DNA of 64,000 bases. Origin: Eledone cirrhosa (taxonomy: Eukaryota). Positions 1-13,027 of the stretch are shown piece after piece. Location: positions 8,122,001 to 8,186,000 of the forward strand of contig OZ024758.1 of NCBI GenBank assembly GCA_964016885.1. Reading direction: 5' to 3'. The position numbers were made by a program, and so were the translations under genes. How positions within the stretch are numbered: the first letter of the stretch is position 1; every line of letters begins with the position of its first letter. The notes under the pieces were generated by a model. It was not told the DNA's origin. It ran no database searches and saw nothing but the letters and a program-made list of their open reading frames with translations.

Positions 1-49
1 ATCTGTTTGAACCAGTCCACAACTCAAAAATATTTTCAATATGCCTGAT
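1..49 (+). CDS. NUP188: Possible 3' end of the preceding NUP188 exon (LFEPVHNSKIFSICL)
   Basis: Frame 3 is open, donor GTAAGC at 50, and the phase-2 end fits the next exon; homology is weak. Confidence 0.35.
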
Positions 50-247
50 GTAAGCTTTTTAATAATCTTAGCATATGATTTCCTTTCATAAAAATCATAG
101 GAACTTGCTGGAAGGGAAATTTGGTTCAGTAAAGAGATAGGGCATATCTTCTGACTCAGAAATAAAGAACTTTAGTTCAATAGTTAAACTACCAGTAAAC
201 ATGGCATAAAGTTACAATTTGAAATCTAGTGATTCTAATGATTATCA

Positions 248-490
248 ACATCATCATCATCATCACCACCACCATTTAACGTCCACTGTACATACTAGCA
301 TGGGTTAGGCGGGTTATCCCATTTGAGGCAAGTTGGGTCAGGTGACCGTGTCTTGCTCATATAGAACTGTTTCTGGCTAAGTTTCTACGACTGGATGCCC
401 TTCCTAACACCAACCTCATTTACAGTGTGTGCTGGGTGCTTTTTGTTGTGACACCTACATGACCACATTACAGTGTGGGCTGAGTCCTCA
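248..490 (-). mobile_element. Retroposon 3' fragment with GGAAGGGCATCC block and (GAT)n tail; dozens of copies in the window
   Basis: The same block recurs near 4580, 16800, 24700, 28000, 41000, 47200, 51800, 54270, 55400, 59000 and 62400. Confidence 0.8.
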
Positions 491-611
491 CATTGTAAAT
501 AAACAAGTAAAGTTTATTTACTATGTAGCAGCAAAGTCTGCTAATATGACAAATGTATGCTATAAGCTGTCAGCTTATTTTTCTCCTTCAAAAGTGTTCA
601 TAATAATTTTG

Positions 612-936
612 TTAACCCTTTAGCATTCACATTACTCTATATATACTATTATATTTTCATGGTAAAGGCTTTACCTCACATAGCATTCACATTACTCTAT
701 ATATACTATTATATTTTCATGGTAAAGGCTTTACCTCACATAGCATTCACATTACTCTATATATTCTATTATATTTTCATGGTAACAGTTTTAACTCACA
801 TAATATCGAATCTATGAGATTTTGAAAGTATTTATTTTGAGAACAATACCTTAATATCAGTTTGAGTGACTAGTTACAGCCAGTTTCAACAGAAAGAGGT
901 AGAGAATTTGGGCCGGTTTGAATATTAAAGGGTTAA
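612..936. mobile_element. piggyBac-like MITE family A with internal 3x60 bp tandem (621-802); relatives at 8921-9149, 18574-18802, 57246-57445
   Basis: TTAA-CCCTTT...AAAGGG-TTAA termini. Confidence 0.8.
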
Positions 937-3012
937 TGGATTCTGTGTGACAGTTTTTCTTTGTTGTTGTGTTTTTTTTGTTAATTCAGATTATTAATTC
1001 ACAACAAAAGTTCTTATAGATCAGAAACTAAATGAATAAAATATTAACCCTTTTGTTATCATATTTCAAATGAAATACCCTGCCTATGATTTTCAAATAA
1101 TTTTGAAAATACAGGGGTCAGCTGAAAAGTTTATAGGTTGACCAAGACACTCTCATGGAATGGTCCAATGAGGTTTATTTTTTTTTAATACTCCCTGGAA
1201 AGAAACAATACAGTTATTAATAAAGAGAGTTGGTATTAGTGCATGTAAAATTTCACAGCTCTAGCATCACTCCTTCATAGTTTGACCGAGATACTCTCAA
1301 TGAATGACAAAACGAGTTTATTTTTTTAACATAGTCTTTAGAAAGAAACAATGCATTTATTAATAAGAAGAGTTGAAATTAATGTATGCAATGTTTCACA
1401 GCTCTAGCATAACTCCTATGAACTTCCCAGCTAACACTCATATAAATACAATTTTTTAAGCAAAACAGCAAAGAATCAGACAATGTATTTATTTATTTAT
1501 AGAATATCTTTTATATAAAATGTGTACAAAATATTAAGTGGATACCCTTAGGGTTTTCTCTCTGGCTAAAAGTCAGCATCTGGGAATGGTTAATCTTTTA
1601 TATACTGTTTTGCTACTGTAACCAAAATTCACTTAATTCCTTTTGCTGCCATAAAAAAAATAGCAACCTTCATTTATTTACTTAGGAATAATTAATATAC
1701 TATCTGGTTTCATTTAGCACGCTGGCTGACAGTGGGAGAGAAAGAAAGAGAGAGTGAGGCAAGGGCTGTTCTCACCTTTTGATGTTAAGATGGTGGTGTG
1801 GTGTTGTGTTGGGAAAAATTTATATATACAGTGCTTGCATAACATATTTCTGTTGAGAAAATTGCCCTCGTCTGACACAAATGGCTACTGCAGACATTGA
1901 CAAACTTTTTTTGGCTGTAGCATATATTTTGTTGTTCTGTTATTCAATAACATGATGTGGGACACTCAAATAATTTGGGTGAGATTTAGATTTAACAATA
2001 TATATATGTGTGTATGTGTATATAAATATATATATATATATATATATGGAAAGATTCAGGGCTGCGACGGATGAGCTCTGGCCATTTTGACAGCTAGATC
2101 CGTTCAGATCTAGCTGTCAAAACGGATCTAGCTCAGCCATCGGAGCCCTGAATCTTTCCATATTACCCACTCTACTACCTCAAGTATCGAGTACTCTGAT
2201 GGTTTATGGTCTACCTGGTTTTTTACCCCACCCTATCTGATATATATAAATAAAGTATTTGTTTAGGGATTAGTAGGTTAATGGAATTACTGGTGTCAGA
2301 TAGGGTGCTCTCAAGTTTCTGATCCAGCTCTCTCTCTCTCTGTTTTAAGTTCAAATCCTAGGAGTTGCAACTGAGAGTATCAGCAATGAGAAGACAAATG
2401 AAAACATTCATTCATCCCTTGGCCAAGCCTAATAATTGGGTCCTTTCCTTCTTTTTTTACATGCCCAGTACTAACTATATAATCTTCACCTGCTAGGACT
2501 TAAACTTACCATCTAAAACAATAAACCCCCCCCCCTCCTGCTTTGGTCACAAATGACCATGGGAATTGCACCTATAAAGTTCCCCTCCAAGGCACAAGCC
2601 TGGGCAAAATTGTTTGTGGAAGACCAGCAGTCACCCATACATACCAGGTTCCCCTCTCCACGCCACCGATGTCCAAAGGAAAGGCAATGGCCGATACAGC
2701 TTGGCACCAGTGATGTCGTAATTCATTTCTACAGCTGAGTGAATGAATGGAGCAAGGTGAAATAAAGTGTCTTGCTCAAGAACACAACACACAACCTGCC
2801 TAGGAATCAAACTCACAACTTCCCGATTGTAAGCCTGACTCTCTAACCACTAAACCATACCATGTACAGATACATATCAGATGTATCCAATCTGATTCCT
2901 CTATTCCACCAGCTTTATAATCATTGTATAAAACTATTTTGTTGTTGTTTTACTTTCATTTCTCTGGAATCAACAATTATCTCTGAAATGTTTTGTTTTA
3001 TATATATATATA

Positions 3013-3155
3013 CTAGCAGGTGTACCCGGCGGTGTTGCTCGGGAAATGAATGACAGCTTGTTTGTCCGTAATAGCCTAGTACTTCAAAAGTTAAAAGGAG
3101 CCTAGTATTTGTACACAAACAGACACACACACAGACCAACTTGCTTTTATATATA
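3013..3155 (-). mobile_element. Non-autonomous Helitron
   Basis: On -: TATAAAAG...(TG)n start, GC hairpin CCCGAGCAACACCGCCGGG, CTAG|T end. Confidence 0.75.
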
Positions 3156-3159
3156 TATA

Positions 3160-3199
<40 letters not shown>

Positions 3200-3269
3200 G
3201 TGTGTGTGTGTGTTCTTGAGTATGGTTTGCTAATTTATTTGAGTATGTTTTGCTAATTTGTTTGGAACT

Positions 3270-3373
<104 letters not shown>

Positions 3374-3554
3374 TATTTATTTATATATATGTGTGTATAT
3401 ATTTAATATAGAAATGGCTTCTACAGGACTAGAACTGTTTCATTCGAAGAAAACAGCACTAGTCCTGTAGAAGCCATTTCTATATTAAATATTTAGACCC
3501 TGCTATGTATTGAGTAGCTTACTTACTGTGGTTACCCCCGATTGAACCTGGGAT

Positions 3555-3599
<45 letters not shown>

Positions 3600-3646
3600 C
3601 ACATACACAATCAACTGTACAAATACTTGTTTGTCATATTTTGCAG

Positions 3647-3761
3647 TGCTCAAGGTCTCCGTCCGGGGATGTATGGAACATTGCTGGCTGGTTTTGAATG
3701 CTCACAAGGAAGATATCCACTTTCATTAGCATTTCTAGACTTTATTTCCAGCACATTAATG
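3647..3761 (+). CDS. NUP188: NUP188 exon ([38 protein letters not shown])
   Basis: ttgcag|...|gtaaac; homology. Confidence 0.92.
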
Positions 3762-6700
3762 GTAAACTTCGATTATTTTTAACAGAATTCTTTTTATACA
3801 CATTATTGTTTATTTATATTAGTAGGTATTATTTGTATGCAACTATTAGGGGCCTCTTGTGTCTCACACTGTTTCTCTAATTTTCAAATGATTTTGAAAA
3901 TAACCAAAATTAATTTAAATATAGATATACCTAGAACAAACACAAAGTAATCACTGAATGTCCCTAAATGTAAATAATACACTCCCAAAACAAAACAACC
4001 GGTGGATAAGACCACTGAATACCAAGCTTGTAACTAATTACACTCATTGAAACAAAGCTAATTACACACTAAATATCTTTACTCGATCCAAGATATCATC
4101 TATAATTCCTACCTCAAACATTATCTATATTTCTTGATTAAAATTATATAAACCCAACAACCAGCCTGCTCTAAATACCTGTATGGGGGGAGACGGGCTT
4201 CCTCAAACTGCAGCTGTCATATTACACAGTTTCTGTATAATAATAAACAATATTTACTATTATCTGCAGTGACCCCAACATAATAATCTACACCAACAGC
4301 TAAAAATATATAACTTTCTCCATTATTAACCCTTTTGATACAAAACTGCCCCTTGTTCTATGATACAAAGTTGTTTATGTTAAAGCATGCTGTTGATATT
4401 CTATATAAGAACCATTGTTAAATTATGCTCCACACATAATTTAATAATAACAAGAAAATTAGATATATTACTAAATATTTCAAAATTCTTGATTATTCTC
4501 AAAATGATTTAAAAATCATAGCCAGTGTCCATCATTAGAAATATGGTAACGAAAGTTCAGAAATAAAATGATGATGGAAAGGTTTGGCATTAAGAAGGAC
4601 ATCCAGCCGTATAAAACCAACCAGAAACTCTCCTATATGAGCGAGACACGGTCACCCGACCCAACTTGCCTCTAAATGGGGCAAACCCGCCTAACCCATG
4701 CTAGCGTGGAAGATGGATGTTAATCGATGATGATGGTAAATGCTTTAGAACAACAATCATAGAACTTGGATTGGTTTGAGGCTTTTTAGCATCAAAAGGG
4801 TTAAGTAGTTACTTGATAATAATTAAATGGCATCAATGCTACTACAACAGCAGCAGAAATATCTTCAGTTTAATTCTTAACGTCCTGTTCCACATGAAAC
4901 CACATTAGCAAGACATTCTTGAAAAGCACAAAATAGCATTATGATTGCATCACATCCCTGGCTGGAAAAGGTTGAGGACTGCTGTTATAAAGGACATGTT
5001 CTGAAATATGTACCAAAATTGTGTCAAATCCATAATTTTTCAAACTTCTTCTTCTTCTTGTTCCAGGAACTGAGTCAACTTCCCGTTGACAATGAAATGT
5101 CAGCAACAGTACTGTTTATCCTGACAGAAGTATTCCCATCATTCTATAAATGGAGATATTACAATGCCACTAGAAGGGAAGCTATAGGTAATCATAACTT
5201 AGCTGAACATTTTGCTTATTATTTATTTAGATAACTTGTTCTTCTGATATTAGAATATTTCAGCAATAATTTCAAATTAAGTTTACCACATTCTCTGAAG
5301 TTGTGTAGAATAATATCAGTCTTTGAAAGAAACATTGGATTGGTAGAAGGTAAGATGCCATGCTTTGCAACATAGAGTTACGGCCTTTTATGATCTGAGT
5401 TCAAATTCCACCGAGATTAACTTTTGCCTTTCACCCTTACAGGGTCGATAGAATAAAGTACCAAATCTTTGGTATTCTGCTATAAATTTTTATATCACCA
5501 TTGTTGTATTATAAATAGATAATTTCTGATGTTTATTCTGTTAGGTCACAAATGCCTGGAGATTTTCCACAATATTCTGGATGTTATGGCTAAACCTAAA
5601 ATCGATCAAACTAAAAAATTGTAAGATAATCTTATTTATTTCATTGTAAACTTCTCGTGTGTGCGTGCGTGTGTGTGTGTCCTTATTATTTCGTAAAGTT
5701 TTTGTGTGTTTATCTGAGTGTGTACATGTGTGTGTGTCCTCATATTTACATTCATTTTGTTGTAAAGTTTTTGTGTGTGTTTATGTGTGTGTGTGTGTTT
5801 GTGTGTATGCATGTTTGTGCATGCACATGTGTGTGTGTGTGTGTTTGTGCATGCACATATGTGTGTGTGCATGTCCTCATATTTACATTTATTTTGTAAA
5901 GTTCTCGTGTGTGTGTGTGTGTTCTCATATTTTTTGTCACAATCTTACTTATCACTCCTAACCAGTAACCAGATTATTGAATTATATCAATAAATTGATT
6001 ACAAGAAAGTGTCAGACATTGGACGTGCTCTTTCTGTTTTCAGACCAAATTTACAAGAAATGTGTGTACATAATTTACTATATACCGAAGCCGGTCAGTC
6101 TCTGTTGAAAGTCATATCCATAGGTCTTGATGCTTTTAATGACAGCTCTTCCGAACAAAAATGGTAATCTACTTTCCCAAATTTATAATTTATTTTTCAT
6201 ATATAAGTCTAAAAAAATTACTACATATACTCAAATATAAACCAACCCCACTATTTTATGTCTGAGAAGTGGGCAAAAACCCAAACTTTATTTACATGGA
6301 ATTTGAAGTTGGTGAATACCATCGAAATATTAACCCTGAATATAATCGACCCTCCCACTTCCATTGATTCTTAGGTCACATATTCTCTGGCTTATATTTG
6401 AATATATTTGATTAACATTTCTTTCTCATTTTTTTTACCATTTGCTTTCTTCATATTTCTTTTTGTAATTTTCTTAATTCTTAATGATTTCGTAGAAAAT
6501 ATCTAAACGTGGGTTTATTTTTTTACTAATGAGCAAATTGTTGTGAAAATTTGGTGTATTAAAATAAAGATACTGATCTGGTGCCACAACAAAAGCACCT
6601 AGTCCACACTGTAAGGTGGTCATGCTGGTGACAACAACAAAAGCACCCAGTAAAGCCTGTAAGGTGGTTTTGTTGTCTGAATATAAAGTTTTATTCTATT

Positions 6701-9700
6701 TTCATAACTTTATAAATGTTTATAAAGTTATTTACATATTGAACATTTGTAAAGATTGTAAATAAAATCGAATACTTTTTGATAAATGCTGTATGTTTTG
6801 TTTCCAGGTCTACTAACACAAAAGGTAATGACTTGATAGACTTAATACAGATGTCTTTCTCAGTACTAAATAGATTGTTATTATTAAAAGCACCTGATCT
6901 ACCTGTGTCCCCAGTAGAGAGAGCATTGTCATTACCTGCTGCTAGTCAACAAGAGCAACATATAGTGCTCACTGTGGCACAATATATATTTCACCAACAT
7001 TCACCTAAACTACCAACAATGGCTATCCTCCTACTCAAACGACTTGCTGTGGTAAGTTTCACCATAATTTCAAAACTATTTTGACTAAAGTCTGTTTTTT
7101 TCTCTTTTCAATGTGAGATACGAGGGCTGGTTTAAAATTCCTAGGCTGACCAAGATACTCTCATGAAATAACCAGATGAGGTTTATTTTTCAACATAATC
7201 CCTGGAAAGAAACAATGCAGTTATTAAGAAGAGCTGAAATTAATGGATGCAAGATTTCACAACTCTAGCATCACTCTTTGATAATCAGCCTATGAACTTT
7301 TCAACTCACCCTCATATACATCTAAATATATAATATAATACCCTAGAATTAATTTTTTTAACAATCCACATCATCGAGGGTACTTTTAAATTTTTCCCAC
7401 TGACCAACCACTGCCCAGTCCCTAAACACCCTGGAAATCAATGGAGCTTGCCAGGAAGTTCATATTCTGACTAATTTTTTTGCCTTCAGTTTTAGGCTTG
7501 TCATGTAACATCAGAGGAGGTGTTAAATTTTTTTTTAAAGTTTCATTAGTACCCTCGATGGTGTCGCAGACTGTAAATAAATGCCATATAGTGTGAGATA
7601 CTAGAATATTGACTTCAGAGTCAGAAGTTGAAACCTTACTACATTATAATGTGTCTGCTATGCAGTATAGAGTTACGGCCCTTTATGGTATGAGTTCAAA
7701 TCCTGCCGAGGTTAACTTTGCCTTTCATCCTTACTAGGAAGAACATATGGGTGTAAAATATTATCTCAAAAAGAACTCCATAAAGAGGATGACATTTGTT
7801 GAGGGGTCCCCCGGAGATAACCCCTGTTTTAGCAGGGAAAATAACCTTAAAATGTTTGGTGTTGGTGCCTAGATTTAAGAAAAATCTTTTTTTAAAATAA
7901 TAAAAGAGGTATCCATTCTTTTCTTTAAGATATCAGAATAGAAATTACTACTAAAAGGTTTACTTTTTAATGGTCTAACTTGTAAAACACTAATAAATGC
8001 CATAAAGGTCTGTCTCAAAGCCAGAGATTAATCAGGCCAGTGCTTATCCCAGTTTCTGTGCTGTGAAGTGACTGAAAGTACAAGAATCACCCCTGGACGG
8101 GACACAAGTCCTTCACAGGGTTAAGCCCCCAGCTATTACTACTGGTACTCATTTTTAGCTGAGTATACTGGAGCAACATGGAATGAAGTGTTTTGCTCAA
8201 GAACACAACACGCAACCCAGTCCAGGATTCGAACCCATGTCATCATTTCATCATCATCATCATCATTTTACGTCCGCTTTTCCCTGCTTGCAAGGGTGGG
8301 ACGTCAATATGATCATAAGTCAAACACCCTTACCACTAGACTACACAGTTCCTCCATAAATAAATGCCATATCTAACCAATATTATGAGAGCAGAGAAAG
8401 CTTGTTACTAATCACCATCACTAACAAATAATTATCTGCTGCTCTCAGAGTTAGGGTTCATTTCCAGTGGTAAATGCTATAACTTCTTTGTGTATAATTA
8501 AATATACATTCCTCCTATGAGTGGGGGTGAGGGTGGGAAGTCAAATCAATTAGGATTTTCATGCTAATGCGATTTCTGATTAATTGGAATAATTTGCTAA
8601 AATTATAAGTGGCATTTTGTATCTAAGTAGCTACATTTTTTTTATGTTTGAAATATTAATTCTAATTGACATGCTATTAAATTTCATAACAGGTCTCCCC
8701 AATGTCTATCCTGGCTATTCTGGGAAATGATGCAGAACCTATCAGAAACAAAATGTTATCTCGCCTTGCTGCTTTAACTGAGGTTCGGGGTCTTTTTAGT
8801 ATTTTTTATGTGAATATGTATGTGTGTGTGTATAAATATATATATATATATAACAAAGGAATTCTGGTAAGGGACCAGATGGACCAATAGAAGCCATTTC
8901 TATATTAAATATATATTTGTTTAACCCTTTAGCATTCAAACCGGCTATATCTGGCCAGAATTCTCTCACCTCTTTCTGTTCAAAGTGGCTGTAACTGACT
9001 GATCATACTGATGTTAAGGTATTGTTCTCAAAATAAATAATATCAAAATCTCATAGATTCGATATTATGTGAGATAATTATGCGAGGTAAAGCCTTTACC
9101 ATGAAATTACAATAGTAAATATAGAATAATGTAAATGCTAAAGGGTTGAATCCATTTTCTTCTTTATAAAATCATTTACCGTCCATTTTTCTGTATTGGC
9201 ATGGGTTGGACGGTGGTCACAGACTAAGTTAATACTTAATTGGAATTACCGTTCTCCCAAACGGTCTGGAAACCATGTCTCACTCACATACTTTCCAGTT
9301 TTGGCTTGGTTTCTATAGATCTTCATATTTATAACATCTAACATAGGCTGACCAAGATACTCTCATGGAATGACCAAATGAGGTTTATTTTTCAACATAG
9401 TCCCTGGAAAGAAACAATGTAGTTATTAATAAGAAGAGTTGAAATTATTGCATGCAAGATTTCACAGCTCTAGCATCACTCCTTCATAGTCAGCCTATGA
9501 ACTTTCCAGCCAATCCTCATAAAGCATACAATGGCCTTTGTTTGCCATCATCATCATCATCGTTTAACATCTATCTTCCACGCTAGCATGGGTTAGACAG
9601 GAATTGTCCCACTTGAAACAAGATTGATCGGGTGACCGTGTCTCGCTCGTATAAGACTGTTTATATTCTGCATAAACCACACAACTCACATCAGTTCTGT

Positions 9701-12700
9701 ACAGATGAGTGGTGTGTCATATTGTTATAATATATATATATACATACTAATATATTTATGGGAAACAAATCATAATTTTAGGACTTGCAACTAAAAGTGG
9801 CCATTCTTGAGCTTCTGTCAGTATGTGTTGTTACTCAGCCTGGACTTATTGAACTCTTCCTTAACCTGAAGCTTGAAAAACCTGATGATCAAGGAAAAAA
9901 GGTATGTTTTTTTCTTTTCCTTTTACTTTGGATAACACAAATAAATATTGGATATGAGACACCCTATAAAAACAGTCATAGACCCTGCCTTTGGTTCTCT
10001 GACTAAGCCAGCAAAATACTTCTAAAAGTATGCTTTTATGGAAGCTCTAACTTAATAGTAGTATGTAACAAAGAAAGTATATATTAAGAAGTGTGCTAGC
10101 AGCTGAAGTGTATGATAAAGTTGTATCTGTATAAATACAGTGAGTGTGTAACCGAGACTGCAACAATGTGTATATAAATATGCACATTTATAATATATAG
10201 ACATGTTAACATAACAGAAAATTTTTTTTAAATGTCTGTAAATTGAAATGATAAACACCTTTAATTGATTTTCGGATCTAATTGGACCCTCATCATAAGG
10301 CGTGTATATACCCATTTATTCTTAGTATTATTCTAAAATGGACATATTAATTTGCATATAATTAGCGCTTGTGTTGATAATTAATTAAGATATATATATA
10401 ATTAAGATATATATAAGAAGTGTACTAGCAGCTGAAATGTATGATAAAGTTATATATATAAGTCTAAAGTCTGTCTTAAGCCAGAAGGCTCATTTGGCTG
10501 GTGCTTATCCCCGGTTTCATGATGTGAAGACTCCCCCTGGACAGGACGCCAGTCAGTTTTAGCTGAGTACTCATTTTCAGCTGAGTATACTAGAGCAACG
10601 TGAAATGAAGTGTTTTGCTCAAGAACACAACACGCAACCCAGGAATCGAACCCACGACATTATGATCGTAAGTCCAACACCCTTACCACTAGGCCACGTG
10701 CCTCCACTATATATATATATATATACAGTGAATGTTTGGAAAGTAGCTGGCATCCATCTTCTGCCATTCAGCGTGTTTATATGCCCCATTATTAGACTAT
10801 ATTTAGTCAAATGTTACAGTGAAGCTTCTATTTCTATTTCAGTTTTTATTCTTTTATATTTGTGTATGATAGGGGAGAAGGACGGCTGATGATATTATTG
10901 GGATTTCCATTTTACTGAGGTAGTCATTATATTTGGGATGAGTTTGAAGATGGCAAAGATTAACACCATCGTTAGAGTGCTTCATTGCCTTTATATTTGT
11001 TCTGGCTCTGTGTTTAAATCCTACAGATGTCAGCTTTGTCTTTCATTCTTTCGGGGTCGATAAATAAAAGGATTGGTGGATTATTAAAGTGTCTGCAGAA
11101 TACTTTACAATATCTCTTCTGGCTTTGTGTATTATGAGTTCCACCCCAGTAGGAGTTGTAACCAGCTCTTTTACAGCTATTTCAGTGTTGGAGATTCCTA
11201 CAATTTTACGAAATATTTACACACTCATTGCTCCAAATCCTTTCATCTTCATCATCGTTGTTTAACATCCACTTTCCACACTAGCATGGGTTCATATCAA
11301 GTGATTTTAATATTTCAAATCTGTTTTCAGGAGCTGACATTGGGAAGTTCCAGTTGCTTGAATTCTGTGATGAACTTAATTGTTGTCGAGAAGCAGGTAA
11401 AGTATTTCTGGATATTAGACTCTTATTTTGTTGTTATTGTTGTTGTTGTTGTAAGTAGGTTTACAAAACATAAAATGAAGTGTTTTGCTCAAGAACACAA
11501 CACACAACCCAGTCCAGGAATTGAACCTATGATATTATGATCATAAGTCCAACACCCCTAACCAAAGGCCACATGCCTCCACAACAATTTATACTGCTGC
11601 CTATGTTTTCAGTAGTTCAGTAACCTTGAATGTAGGCTTCATTGGGTGGTTAAGTTGACTTTGCAATTATTAGGCCCCAGGCTTAGTCCCACTGGATCTT
11701 GGGGTCAACCCAACCCAACCTTGTGGGTGAAACCTTGTGGGTTGATGAAAACTATGTGAATGCCTGTCATATGGTTTGTACCTGTATTTCAAAGTTTTGT
11801 CACATGTGATAATGATTTGGCTTGAGAACTACCTGTGGAATATTCAACCATTTATACTTTAATACAAGGTAGACTATGCCTATAATTCAAAGGTCCAGGT
11901 TTGTCACATACAGGCTGAGTCATAAGTAAGCAGACAGTATCATTTAGATTAGGGGTGTGCAACATATTCCATTGGTGGGCCACTTTTGAACATTGGAACA
12001 ACTATTAGGGTCATTAATATTTATTAAGCACTATTCCAAAGATTCAACACAGAACTGGGGAAATTATAACACACATAACCCTATCAGTGAAGCCCTTTAG
12101 TATAGGCCAACTGGGTAATTATAACACACACAACCCTATCAGTGAAGCCCTTTAATAGAGGCCAACTGGGTAATTATAACACACATAACCCTATCAGGGA
12201 AGCCCTTTAGTACAGGTCAACTAACAGAAAATTGTATTACGGTTACGAAAAAAATTCTAAATAAGCCTGCAAGATAAAAATTTAAAACGGTCATTGTGGG
12301 CCACTCTGACTGATCTGGTGGGCCGGATTGTGGCCCACGGGCCGCCTGTTGCACACCCCTGGTTTAGAATATGTTGGACTGCCCAGTTACTTATATCTCA
12401 CCTTGTGTCGTGATGATTCAGCTTGGGAATTGTAGGGTACACGTGTCTGTGGAATATTTATTCAAACACATACGCAGTAATTGATGAGTTGGATGAACAG
12501 TTGATCAAACAACTGAATGGTCATTGTCGAAAGCAAAGGAAACTATCATCATCATCATCACCACCACCACCACCACCATCATCATCATCATCTAATATTT
12601 ATTGTGGAAAGTATTGTGTTTCATGTTATATTATCTGGGGTTTTAATATTTTATCACAGAAAACTTACCAGTGCCCTCCAAATCTTCTGTGTGCCTGTAT

Positions 12701-12844
12701 TGAGTTCCTTCATGCTCTTTGGGCTGGTATGAGAGAAACAGCAATGAGTGTTCTCAGAACCAAGTAAGTCATATGTTATATTAAAACAAATCATTATTCT
12801 AAATAGATTGTATGTACATACTTATATATATATATATGTGTGTG

Positions 12845-12875
<31 letters not shown>

Positions 12876-12876
12876 G

Positions 12877-12907
<31 letters not shown>

Positions 12908-12989
12908 GTATATATATGTGTATACAATACATTAACAGAGAAAGCATTAAGCTATACTCTGACTGGCTACCATCTCACTCAACAAACAA

Positions 12990-13027
<38 letters not shown>

